In this document: positions 35,732 to 49,400 of the stretch, piece after piece
Layout of the letters: every line of letters begins with the position of its first letter
How positions within the stretch are numbered: position 1 is the first letter of the stretch
Assembly (NCBI RefSeq): GCF_001194135.2
Contig: NC_068984.1
Coordinates: forward strand, 11,391,815 to 11,455,814
Source: Octopus bimaculoides
Taxonomy: Eukaryota
Reading direction: 5' to 3'
Length of the DNA: 64,000 bases
Notes under the pieces: model-generated
The model's database searches: none
Seen by the model: the letters and a program-made list of their open reading frames with translations, nothing else
Told to the model about the DNA's origin: nothing
Position numbers and translations under genes: made by a program

Positions 35732-38700
35732 GTAAAATATAACTACAGTGTTTTTTTGCTTTTTAATGCATGTAGCGGCTGGAGTAACGGGTACGGACTT
35801 ATTAGAGTAATGAATTGGCCAGATTAGATTGTTATTCGATAATTCCATATACAGTAATCCCTCAGCTTATCGTAAGTGTTACGTTCCAAAACCCTCCGCG
35901 ATTTGTGAAAACCTGCGATGTAGAAAAAAATATTGTACTGTATATTTTTAAAATTTTTATAATTTGTATATATTTATTTTATTATAAATGCAAAACAACA
36001 CCATTGAGGAATCGACGTAAGCAAATTAAGTATCAGAGAAACACGGTTTGGGCTTTTACAGAATTAGCTTTGTTGTTTCGTGAAAGAAAAAAGAATTGAT
36101 ATATTTCACAACTTGTATAATGTAACACAGTTCTTCACTAAGTTCGACTTCCTACTTGCAATTTCGTTTTAGATACAGAGTTTGGTTAAACTAAAGCGTT
36201 TGACCCGAGCAAAAAGAAAAATAGTGTAATAGGGGTAAAACAACTTGCCTTAAATGAATATGAAAAAAAATGCGCGCTCGCGAACGGGGGGGGGTGAGAG
36301 GACTCGGAACATTCACATCGTGAATGTTCCGAGTCGCCTCACCAGAGCCAAGAAACAAAAGAAAAATAGTGGAATAGGTGTAAAACAACTTGCTCTAAAC
36401 TAATATGAAAAGAAAAATGCGCTGGGGGAGAGGACTCGGAAAATTCACATCGTCAGTTTTTCTTTTAATTAATTATTGCCCTCTGAAAATTTCAAATATT
36501 GCAATTATAAAACTAAGAAGAAACCACTGTTTTTACTATATTGCAGAAAAGATAGCTGCTTGTTTAGTGTTTTGAATGGTAAAGTCAAATAAATCTTAAT
36601 CTACAATTTATTTTAAAGAAATATCTTCTGTATGTAAAACGAAAGTTCATTTTACACTTTACCACTCGTAACTGCTCGGCAGTACATATACTAAAATTGG
36701 AATGTTTACAAAGCACACACGTGTAGTGTTTATGTGTGTACTGCTATGTAAACAAGGTACATTGACATCCCAACGAGGGAGCCTCAACGTGGTCGCTCGA
36801 CCTGCTAGAATTAGCCGTCGAATTTGTCACACCCTTATCCTAAATAAAAAAGATTTTTTTTTTTAAATAATGATCACTACTAAAAATTCTTTCATCGTAA
36901 GTCTACTCATTCTATACTGACCTAGGGCTAAACAACAAGCTACTTTGATTAAGAACTAATTTCATCTGCTTTTTTAATTAAAATGTATTAGCGATAATTA
37001 TAGGTCCTCGAGTAATTTATTTAACCGAATGAATTGAGGACATAATGGAGAATAGAGTAGGTAACTCAATATCAAATAAGTTCAGATCTTCAGACGTCTG
37101 TGTTAACTGTGTATTGTTGTTCACCAACATTATCCAAGCGACACCCTAAACGGCAAGCAAGTCTTACGTCTTATTTACACTTATCTTTTACTGTGCATAT
37201 AGTGTTTCTAACAAAACTTGTAATCTTGAGGAGGAGGAGGGCGCGTGTTGATAATATCGCCGTCAGCATTTGACTGATACTTTATTTCATCGATCCCGGA
37301 GAAATGAAAGGTACAGTTGACCTCGGTGGGATTTAAACTCAGAATGTGAAGTGTTCGAACAAATACAACGCGGTATTTTTAACAGAAAATAAAACATGCA
37401 ATTATAAATATAACATTATTCCAACCACGAATATGAGAAAATAACCAACCGTAAAGGTGGTTATTTTCTCATATTGGAACAAGAGTATAGACATCATGCT
37501 ACAACATTTCCCGACTTGTCTATATTTCCTTTCACCACTAATGTACAAAATTTAAACTAAACATTAGTCAGAATAATCTCTTGGCACTGCCCATCTTCCT
37601 CCAAATGATAATTTCTTGAAGTTCCATTACTGCACCCTAAACATACTCCTTCACTATTGTAAATAATTTTAGTCATTTTATAGAAACCTTATATTAATAT
37701 ATAGATTCAGATTGTTTAGTAGGAATCCAACCCCATGGTTCCGGGTTCAGTCCCATTGCATCCCACCTTGGGCAAGTGCCTTCTACTATAGCCTTGGGCT
37801 GACCAAAGCCTTGTAAGTGGATTTTGTTGATGGAAACTAAAAGAAGCCCATCATATGTTTATAGATATGTGTGTATGTCTTTGTGTCTGTGTTTGTCCCC
37901 CACCACTGCTTGACAGTTGGTGTTGGTGTGTTTACATCCCCATAAACTAGCAGTTCAGCAAAAGACTGATAGAATAAGTACCAGGCTTACAAAAGAAAGT
38001 CCTGGGGTCAATTCATTTGACTAAAAATTCATGAAGGCAGTGCCCCAGCATGGCCACAGTCTAATGACTGAAACAAGTAAAAGATAAAAGATTTTAATCA
38101 TCTTTATTTCAAACATTTTCCTTTCAAAAATCATCATCATCATCATCATCGTTTAACGTCCGCTTTCCATGCTAGCATGGGTTGGACGATTTGACTGAGG
38201 ACTGGTGAAACCGGATGGCAACACCAGGCTCCAGTCTGATTTGGCAGAGTTTCTACAGCTGGATGCCCTTCCTAACGCCAACCACTCAGAGAGTGTAGTG
38301 GGTGCTTTTACGTGTCACCCGCACGAAAATGTAGAGTTTAATCCTAAATTCCAGAACTATAGCATCATCATCATCATGATTACATATATTTCTATGTTCC
38401 AGCATGGCCATATCCAGTGGCTGAGATTGCTAAAACATTAAAAGAATATCTTAAATATATTTGAAATAAACAGCTAAATGCACAAGCATGGCTTTGTGGC
38501 TGTGAAGTTTGCTTCCCGGCTATGTGGTCTCAGGTTCAGTCCCACTGCATGGTACTTTGGGCAAGTATCTGCTCCCTTAGCCCCAGGCCAACCAAAGCCT
38601 TGTGAGTGGATTTGGTAGATGGAAACAGAAAGATGCCCATTGTGTCTGTCTACACTTACACTGAGTATTCTGACCATGACAATCATGTTTTTTTCCTATA

Positions 38701-40746
38701 TGCACCAGGGAATTCAGAACATGTCCTTTTCAAGACAGTTGGATAGGATCTGATAAATATTCTAGCTTCTATTTCTAGCAAGTCAAGTGTTCATATAGAT
38801 ATTCACACATCAAGTAATAACAATTTCTAAGACAGGTGTAGCCTCAAATTTCTGGCAGGGGATACGGTAAATTTGACTCAGTATTTGGTTCTGGTATTTA
38901 TTTTATCCATACTGGAAGGACAAAAAGCAAGGATTTGAACTCAGATTATGAAGAAATGTAGCTAAATATCACAAGGTACTATTCAGCACTTTGCCATTTC
39001 TGCTAATCCAGTGTCTATGTCATAATCATCACTGTCATCTTCATTTTACATCTGTTTTCACTGCTGGCATGGGTTGGAAGACACCTTGCTTAAATGTTTC
39101 AGTTTGGGAATGATTTCTTCAGGTGGATGACCTTCCTAATACTTACCATTTTACAGAGTATACTGGTGCATCTTTTTATGGCACTAGCACTCAAGAGGTT
39201 GTCATGTCCCTTGGCAGCATTAAAGAATCTTTGTCTCTATTCCCTCACCAACCCCTTTACAAAGTATATGGGTTGCTTTTTCAATGCCAGCAATTCTAGT
39301 GAGGTCACTTTGTAACTTGTAAGACTGAAGAACTCTCACCTCCCTGGAAAGGAGAATATGAGGGAGAGTGATGACGTATTGTGAGGAGTTCTTACTGGCA
39401 TCGGTTATGGTGACAAGGGTTCCAGTTGATCTAATCCAAAATTTACATGCAAGTGACTGAGCACTCCACAGATACGGCGAGCTGGCAGAAACGTTAGCAT
39501 GCCGGGCGAAATGCTTAGCAGTATTTTGTCTACCGTTACATTCTGAGTTCAAATTTTGCCGAGGTCGACTTTACCTTTCATCCTTTTGGGGGTCGATAAA
39601 TTAAGTACCAGTTATGCACTGGGGTTGATGTAATCGACTTAATCCCTTTGTCTGTCCTTGTTTGTTCCCCCCTATGTTTAGCCCCTTGTGGGCAATAAAA
39701 AAAAAAGATACATGTAACCTTAACAGAGTTCTCAGGGAGATTCAGAGTGACACAGAATGTGACCAGGCTGGCCCCTTTGAATTACAGGTCCTACTCAGTT
39801 TTGCCAGCTGAACGAACTGGAGCAATGTTAAATCAAGTGTCTTGCTCAAGGACACAACACACCATTGGGTTTTGAACTCACAACCTTACTACAATTGTGA
39901 ACCAAATACCCTAACCACTTAGCCATGCACCTTTACATTGAGAGAAGTATTTGTGGGAGGAATAGATTTATTGTTGTGAGGGGGGATGGAAAGAGTATGT
40001 TAGTAATGAAGGGGGTGAAGAAAGGGCAAGAATAGTGTCAGGGATTAGTGAAAATAAGAAAGACGGAGTGGTAAAGATGAAAGGCAGGGATCTAGTGCTG
40101 TTCCATATTAAAAGAATATGGACAGGTGACATGGGTGTGGTTGAATTGCTGAGTGAAAGAGAGATTGAAATGAGAATGATGAGCTGGAAAAGCTCTAGGA
40201 AGAGGATCAGTGAAAGAAAGAGAGGTGAGCATAGAAGTGAAGAGTGACCAGAGTGAGGGAGGTGGCATGGAGAAGGGATCAATGAGGGAAAGTGAGGTAG
40301 TGGTGGGGAGCTGTTCGAGTTACTCTACTCCATCACTATCTGCTTTAGTGTTCTCTTTGCCATACTCACAAAAAATTGTAGGTTTTCTCCAGCAGAGACG
40401 GTCCTTGTCATCTCTTTTGTAAAGTTCAGCGTCTTGAGATCAGTCTGCACCACTTATCCTATGACATTTTAGGTCTTCCTCTTCCATAGGCATTATTCTC
40501 TTTGAGTGCTAATCATGTTTTTTAAGCTTTTTTCTCATCATAATTATTATGGATCACCTGCCAATACTAACGCAGTCTTCTCCCTTGCATACTTGTTTCA
40601 CTTATGTACAGCTAATTGTACATAAGTCAAATCAATGTACTCCATTGTTCACACACCTTAACATTAATCATCCAGCAAAGCATGCTTGCTTCATTTCTTT
40701 GTAGTCTTTGTAAATCTTTTGCATTCAAAGCCCATGTCTCATTCTC

Positions 40747-40789
<43 letters not shown>

Positions 40790-41000
40790 CTTTCTAACTA
40801 AAGGCACAAGGCCTGAAATTTTGGAGGCAGAGACTAGTCAATTACATCAACGCAATACTCCACTGGTACTTAATTTATTGACCCCCACAAGGAGAAAGGC
40901 AAAGTCGATCTGGGCAGAATTTGAACTCAGAATGTGCAGACGTATGAACTACAGCTAAGCATTTTGCCCAGCGTGCTAACGATTCTGCCAGCTTGCCACC

Positions 41001-41097
<97 letters not shown>

Positions 41098-42856
41098 NNN
41101 NNNNNNNNNNNNNNNNNNNNNNNNNNNNNNNNNNNNNNNNNNNNNNNNNNNNNNNNNNNNNNNNNNNNNNNNNNNNNNNNNNNNNNNNNNNNNNNNNNNN
41201 NNNNNNNNNNNNNNNNNNNNNNNNNNNNNNNNNNNNNNNNNNNNNNNNNNNNNNNNNNNNNNNNNNNNNNNNNNNNNNNNNNNNNNNNNNNNNNNNNNNN
41301 NNNNNNNNNNNNNNNNNNNNNNNNNNNNNNNNNNNNNNNNNNNNNNNNNNNNNNNNNNNNNNNNNNNNNNNNNNNNNNNNNNNNNNNNNNNNNNNNNNNN
41401 NNNNNNNNNNNNNNNNNNNNNNNNNNNNNNNNNNNNNNNNNNNNNNNNNNNNNNNNNNNNNNNNNNNNNNNNNNNNNNNNNNNNNNNNNNNNNNNNNNNN
41501 NNNNNNNNNNNNNNNNNNNNNNNNNNNNNNNNNNNNNNNNNNNNNNNNNNNNNNNNNNNNNNNNNNNNNNNNNNNNNNNNNNNNNNNNNNNNNNNNNNNN
41601 NNNNNNNNNNNNNNNNNNNNNNNNNNNNNNNNNNNNNNNNNNNNNNNNNNNNNNNNNNNNNNNNNNNNNNNNNNNNNNNNNNNNNNNNNNNNNNNNNNNN
41701 NNNNNNNNNNNNNNAATAATAATAATAATAATAATAGTTTCAAATTTTGCCACAAGGGCAGCCGTTTGTTGGGAGAGGGGATAAGTCGATTACATCAACC
41801 CCAGTGTTTCATTGGTACTTAATTTATCGACCCCGAAAGGATGAAAGGCAAAGTCGACCTCAGCGGAATTTGAACTCAGAACATAGCAGTAGCCGAAATA
41901 CTGCTAAGCATTTCGCCTGGCATGCTAATGATTCTGCCAGCTCGCCGCCTTAATAATAATAATAATAATGATGGTGATGATAATTTCTTTATAATTAGAA
42001 TAATAATAATAATGATGATGATAATTTCTTTATAATTAGAATAATAATGATGATGATAATTTCTTTATAATTAGAATAATAATAATAATAATGATAATAA
42101 GAATGGTTGCAAATTTTGGGGAAGAATTTCGTTAGCCTCAGTGATCAACTGGTAGTCATTTTATTGACCCTGGAAGGATAAAAGGAAAAGTTGACCTCAG
42201 CAGAATTTGAACCCAGAACATAAATACAAATGAAATTCCAGTAAACATTTTGTCCGACATGGGAACAATTCTGTCAGTTCTCTGCCTTATTAACAAATCT
42301 CTGCCAAGGCAACACCAACATCCTCTCAGTGATTAGCCAGAGATGATTTTTAAAATGAGAATATCTGAAATAAACTCGACTGCTCTCACAAACGAGAATA
42401 CTAAAAATGAACCCGACCACTCTCAAAAATTAAGTAAAGAAAACGGAAAAATTATCCAGGATCCTTGTCCGGTGCTGGATCAATCTCAAAATCTAATCAG
42501 TTTGTGCGAGTCATGAGGCCAAATATACCTGAAAGTTTCATCCAAATCCATCCAGTGGTTCTTGAGATATCTTGTCCACGGACAAACAAACAAACATAAC
42601 TGAAAACAATACCACCACCTTTGCTAAGGCGGAAGTAATAGTAATAATAATTGTTTCTAACACAGACACAAGGCCTGAAATTTTGAGGAAGGCATTTAGT
42701 TGATACCATCAAACCAGAACTTTAGTTTACCGACCCTGAAAGGATGACAGATAAAGTTGACTTCAGCAGGATTTGAATTCAGTACGTAGAGATCTGAAGG
42801 ATATGTTGCTGAGCATTTTGTCTTTTGTGCTAATAATTTTAGCCAGCTCACTGCCT

Positions 42857-42897
<41 letters not shown>

Positions 42898-43392
42898 CCT
42901 TTTTATTATAGATTCAAAGCCTGAAATTTTGGGGGAGTGGCTAGTCAATTACATCGACCCCAGTGCTCAACTGGTACTAATTTTATTGACCCCAAAGGCA
43001 AAGCTGACCTTGGTAGAATTTGAACTCAGAATGTATAGAACAGAAGAAATGCTGTTAGCATTTTGTCAGACATGCTAACAGTCCTGTCTGCTTGCCACCT
43101 TAATAATAATAATAATAATAATCCTTTCTACTATAGGCACAAGGCCTGAAATTTGGACGGAGGGGACCAGTCCATTACATCAACCTCAGTGTTTCACTGG
43201 TCCTTCATTTATCGACCCCAAAAGGATGAAAGGCAAAGCCAACTATGACAGAATTTGAACTCAGAATGTAGTGACAGGCGAAGTGCCACTAAGCATTTTG
43301 CCCAGCATGCTAATGATTCTGCCAGCTCGCCACCTTCTTAATAATAATAATAATAATCATGATGATGATGATGGTGATGATGATGACGATGA

Positions 43393-43424
<32 letters not shown>

Positions 43425-46400
43425 TTGATGATGATGATGGAGTCAAAATTAAAAGAAGAGTGCCATTTGCTATCTCGTGAGCAATATTTCGGCATCTTGC
43501 GTGTCTTCCCCTGGTTCAAAAAATAAATTTGTCAATCTACTTCATTTTCGTTTATATAGAAAGGATTGAGGTAACTCCTCCTGAAGATATAGAGTCAAAA
43601 TTAAAAGAAGAGTGCCATNNNNNNNNNNNNNNNNNNNNNNNNNNNNNNNNNNNNNNNNNNNNNNNNNNNNNNNNNNNNNNNNNNNNNNNNNNNNNNNNNN
43701 NNNNNNNNNNNNNNNNNNNNNNNNNNNNNNNNNNNNNNNNNNNNNNNNNNNNNNNNNNNNNNNNNNNNNNNNNNNNNNNNNNNNNNNNNNNNNNNNNNNN
43801 NNNNNNNNNNNNNNNNNNNNNNNNNNNNNNNNNNNNNNNNNNNNNNNNNNNNNNNNNNNNNNNNNNNNNNNNNNNNNNNNNNNNNNNNNNNNNNNNNNNN
43901 NNNNNNNNNNNNNNNNNNNNNNNNNNNNNNNNNNNNNNNNNNNNNNNNNNNNNNNNNNNNNNNNNNNNNNNNNNNNNNNNNNNNNNNNNNNNNNNNNNNN
44001 NNNNNNNNNNNNNNNNNNNNNNNNNNNNNNNNNNNNNNNNNNNNNNNNNNNNNNNNNNNNNNNNNNNNNNNNNNNNNNNNNNNNNNNNNNNNNNNNNNNN
44101 NNNNNNNNNNNNNNNNNNNNNNNNNNNNNNNNNNNNNNNNNNNNNNNNNNNNNNNNNNNNNNNNNNNNNNNNNNNNNNNNNNNNNNNNNNNNNNNNNNNN
44201 NNNNNNNNNNNNNNNNNNNNNNNNNNNNNNNNNNNNNNNNNNNNNNNNNNNNNNNNNNNNNNNNNNNNNNNNNNNNNNNNNNNNNNNNNNNNNNNNNNNN
44301 NNNNNNNNNNNNNNNNNNNNNNNNNNNNNNNNNCTGTTTATCTTGATATGAGATCACCGTGTCGTGCACATGCGGCTGTGATGCATGTGCCTGGTGTACC
44401 CTTATCAGACGGGTAGTCATGATGGGTATAATGGGCTTCATATATTTTACCCCAGTGTCACTTTGATGGCATGCATTGCTCTCTCACTCAATAATAATAA
44501 TAATAATAAGATGATGAAGAATTTGACAAACATTATTTCCTCTTTTTTAGGCTGAAAAATTTGGCAATTCATTTGTAATGGAAAACTATCTGAGTAAAGC
44601 TACTTTAAAAAATGTTACTCAAGCTGTAAGTATCTTTTTTATCCTCTTCATCATTTGATAAGACACAGGTCATCTTTTGACAAGAACACAACAATATTGA
44701 CCACTACAAAATATTTCATTTCCTTATCCTTGATGGACTTAACTCTCCTTTCCACTGTTCTCAAATACTATTAGTCTTATCTTTATTCTTATTTTTATTT
44801 TTTTCTTGATTTCATTTACTTTTTTTCTCTTCTTCTCCTTTCTGCCTTCCTCTTGTTGTTGTTGTTCTTCCTCCTCTTCTTCCTCACACATGCTTTTGTA
44901 TTTTTAAAAATATATTTTTAATATTTTTTCCCCATTTTTATGCATTCTTTTTTTTTGTATCTGTACTTGCTTTACACACCAGAAGGACCAGTCTTAACAC
45001 TTCTACTACAGAGTACGTTTTTTCTTGAGTACAGCAAGGTACCAGGTATCTCTGTCCTTTGTCTTCGCACCTGAAAGTTTCGGCATCCTGAGGTCATCCC
45101 TTGTACTTCATCCCACGTGTTCCATCTATTTGAAGAGATCAGCAATTCTTTATGGAGCTGTCAGCATCCATCCACATCACCATCTATCTCAACACCTTTC
45201 CCCCTCTCGGTTGAGGGATTTTTGTCTTGCTAGTTACTTGGTGAGCTCGCCAGTGCTGGTGCTACTTAAAAAGCATCTTGTCCACTCTGTAAAATGGTAT
45301 TAGGAAAGGTATCTGTTGTGGCAAGAGTACGACACCCCCTGACTAGAATAGACTGCACCACTGCTTATATATAGTAGTGGTCTGATGTAGTTGGCAGTTC
45401 ATAGTTTTGTCTTCAAAGTCCAGGTACAGTTCGAGTTAGTGTGTTGGAAATATTGATTGTTGGTTCGTTACATGTTTGTTTCTGTCACTGTTTCTATTTT
45501 ATATTGTTATAACACTGTTACGTGGAGGCGCAATGGCCCAGTGGTTAGGGCAGCGGACTCGCGGTCATAGGATCGCGGTTTCGATTCCCAGACCGGGCGT
45601 CGTGAGTGCTTATTGAGCGAAAACACCTAAAGCTCCACGAGGCTCCGGCAGGGATGGTGGCAAACCCCGCTGTACTCTTTCACCACAGCTTTCTCTCACT
45701 CTTACTTCCTATTTCTGTTGTTCCTGTAATTCAAAGGGTCAGCCTTGTCACACTGTGTCACGCTGAATATCCCCAAGAACTACGTTAAGGGTACACGTGT
45801 CTGTGGAGTGCTCAACCACTTGCACATTAATTTCACGAGCAGGCTGTTCCGTTGATCGGATCAACTGGAACCCTTGACGTTGTAAGCGACGGAGTGCCAA
45901 CAACATGACACTGTTACAGTGTATTCTTTATCTGCTGTTGACAATATCAACCGTACTACAATATTGGAGGCCTAAGGATATAACATCTGGCGACAAGGAT
46001 TTTTCAAAGCTCACATACTGTTACTTGACAATTTGTGTGACATACAAATTATTAAATTATGGAGAACCTATTAGTTGCTGTAATACAGCTTCAAGAGAAG
46101 CAACAGGAACAACTACAGGAGTTGCAGAAGCAAATATTACAACAACAACAAGAAGAACAACAACAGCAGTTAATTGAGTTAGAGTCAAGGAAGTCTGAAA
46201 ATTCAGTAAGTTCATTTACGCCAGACAGTGTGGTGAACTCAATTTCTGAATTCACTTATAATCCAGAGGAGGGTATTATATTTCGTGTATACTATAGAAG
46301 GTATGAGGAAATTTTTAAGAAAGATTGTAAGTTATGGTCTGATGAGAAGAAAGTGAGGCTATTGCTATGCAAGGTAGCTCCAGCCAAGCATGAACACTAC

Positions 46401-49400
46401 TGTAACTTTATATTGCTCAAAAAGGTGAGTGAGATTAGTTTCCAAGAAACTATTGCGTTACTATCAAAGATCTTTTCTGACAAGAGTTAATTATTTAACA
46501 CTCGAATGGAGCGTCAGAATTTTACAAAAACTGACAATGATGACTTTATTACATATGCCAGAGTAGTCAACTGTATGTGTGAAAAATTTAAACTTCAGGA
46601 ACTCACTCAGGATATGTTTAAATCCCTTTTCTTCGTACAAAGCCTTAGGGCAACCAGAGAAAAAGAAATTCAGGCAAGGATTCTCTCAAAAATGGGAGCA
46701 AGTGAACCAAGACTTAACCCTACAAACCATTGCAGAAGAATGTCAAACAATGGTAAATCTGAAACACGACGTGAAAAAAATTTAAGAGAAAGATTCAGCA
46801 AAAATATAGATGTGTTGACCTGGAAAGTACAACCAAAAGAGAGTGCCAGACCCCAATCCATGTTATGCATGTCGAGGCCTATACTTCAGAAAAGTGTGTC
46901 TGTTTAAAAATCAGAAACGCTATAGTTGTCAAAAACTTGGTCACAAGAGCTCACACTGCAGGACAAGATTATGAGAGTTGAACTCAAAAAGTTGTGTTCA
47001 AGAAAATTAAAGAGTACATTATTATATCATTTGCATCACAGATCTCCAGCAGCCTTGTACCCTCCTCATTTTGGTAACCAATTCCGGCTCCTGCTTGCAC
47101 TTCATGAAAGATACCTTGGTGCCACCCAATATATCCATTGAAATCACCAGCCATGAAGATAAGGTCACAGTCATTTATCTTTAAAATGGCCTGCAGAAGT
47201 ATCATATAAACAGTCCTTCTGTTCATTTGGCAAACCCAGTCGGCAGGCGGGGGGAGATGATTATTGTTGTGCTATTATGCAGAACTAGTCTAACCTTAAG
47301 TACTCTATCACATACTCTGGTTACTTCAATCACTTTATTCACCCATTTCTCTGCTAGAACTATGCCAACACCTATCCCATCACTGTTGCCTTCCCAGAAT
47401 TTATACCTATGTCTCCTCTCCACAAGACTTCTTGGATGCAGCACACATCAACCTGTCTCCTTTCAAGCATCTCAACAATCTCACCAGACCCACCCTTCAA
47501 TGTGCTTATATTGACAGTGCTGATTCTGAGTGGACATAAAGGGATGCTGGAGGTAACATGGAGAGCGATAACCGCGACTCTCAGTATCTGAAAAGAAGGT
47601 TGTAATGAGCATTTGCCAGCAAACATGTCATTAGCAGTTGTCCTCGCATTTAATCCTCCATCATTCATGTCACACTTGCTACTGCCACTGGACATGGGTG
47701 TTGCGCTGGCATTAGTACAGAAGTGTTAGTACAGATACCAGTAAATACTTATATAGCTTAAGGAGTTAATCGAGTATTATGACCACCAACACTGGCATCC
47801 GTGCAAAGCAATGTTAATACAAATACAGGTAAGTAAATTAGGTAGAGAAATAGAGTAAAGGTAGTTAATTTATTGAATTAGGTAGGTAGAGAGGATAAGG
47901 GAAGTTGATTCATCATGTATTGCTGGTGATGAATTAGTAAAGCTATAGGAGCTGAGTGCAACATGCTCACCTTTAGTTCTGTTTTTAGGGGAGCAAAGTA
48001 CCCAGCCACAGTGTATGTATGTGTGTGTGTGTGTTTTGCAGCAAAGTGGGTGACACTACTGGGCGAGGAGATGGGGCCAGGGAGGGTTGCCATGAAAGGT
48101 TCCAGTGCAGAAGAGAGATTTTTGGTATAAGTGGTGGGGGTGGGAATGGGTTGGCACATCACACATGAGCAAACATCTTGGTAGATACAGGCAAATTCTG
48201 TTTATATTTATATTTACATTTATGGATCAAGCATAAAATAAACTAATTGAATTTAGCACTGTCGGTGCCAGCATAAAATTAAATAAAGTTAAATCAAAAT
48301 GAATCAGGTTACATTAAAATTAGATTGAAGTAAGTTGGAAGTTAATAGAGTGACAAGAAGATCTAGAATAGCTGTAGACAAGAACTCTTAACTTATCTCT
48401 GCATAATCTCAGCATGCAATGTGTGTCTGGTAAGAATGTGTGTGTATGTGTATAAAATAAGGAGTAAATATTCATGTAGATGTTATTATTATCTGCAGTA
48501 AAAATAAATAATTGATAATAACAACAACAGGTGGCAGCAGGCATTAAACAGTGCTAGATAGATATACAATTAAAATTTATATTTATCATAAGGGCACTTA
48601 AGGCGCCTACCTGCTAGAAAGTGGAGTTAAAACTCTCAACTTAACCACCAATGACACAAAAAAGTTTAGCATACCATCACAGCTTAATGCTATATAGTTT
48701 GGCATTTGGAAATTCAACTCATCATGTTGGAGTCTGCTGGCATTCTGAATTGTTTCACATCAAATTCAGAACAATTTCAGCGTAAATATATTTATAATAA
48801 GGAGTAAATATTCAACATAATGAGTTGAATTTTTCACTTGATAAGACTTGCTGAAGACAGTTAAGACATTTCGCCAAAACTCGAAATCATGATACAAGTA
48901 TATCCAAATGCGAAGCTGTGATGGTATGTTAAATTGTTTTGCTTGTGTACCCGACTACTCTTGTTGTCTGTTGAATTTTTCAGTGTCATTGGTGGTTAAG
49001 TTGAGGGTTTTAACTCCACTTTCTAGCAGGTAGGTGCCCTTATGATAAATATATATCCTTTTCTTTTTCTTTTATTCTTTTACTTGTTTCAGTCATTTGA
49101 CTGCAGCCATGCTGGAGCACCACCTTTAGTCAAACAAATCAACCCTAGGACTTATAATTTGTTAGCCTAGTACTATTGGTCTCTTTTGCTGATCCGCTAG
49201 GTTACGGGGATGTAAACACACCAGCATTGGTTGTCAAGCGATGTTGTGGGGGGGGGGGACAAACACACACACACACACACATATAACAGGCTTCTTTCAG
49301 TTTCCGTCTACCAAATTCACTCACAAGGCTTTGTTCAGCCCAAAGCTATAGTAGAAGACACTTGCCCAAGGTGCCACACAGTGGGACTGAACCCGGAACC

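Noticed and set aside
43440-43618. 27-bp direct repeat GAGTCAAAATTAAAAGAAGAGTGCCAT
   Set aside because: The second copy runs into a gap; it may be a contig-end artefact and cannot be interpreted
40934-44441. Long ORFs of 244-299 aa in the ORF track (also 51864-52423 and 63149-63537)
   Set aside because: They are artefacts of N gaps and AAT/TA microsatellites and encode no real protein
45522-45600. tRNA gene
   Set aside because: A/B boxes are present but I cannot fold a complete cloverleaf; it continues into a SINE body with tail and TSD. The same applies to the other SINE heads
46059-46490. Q-rich 143-aa ORF as a host gene or domesticated gag
   Set aside because: It follows an LTR and PBS, and the gag has a stop and frameshifts; no sign of a preserved frame
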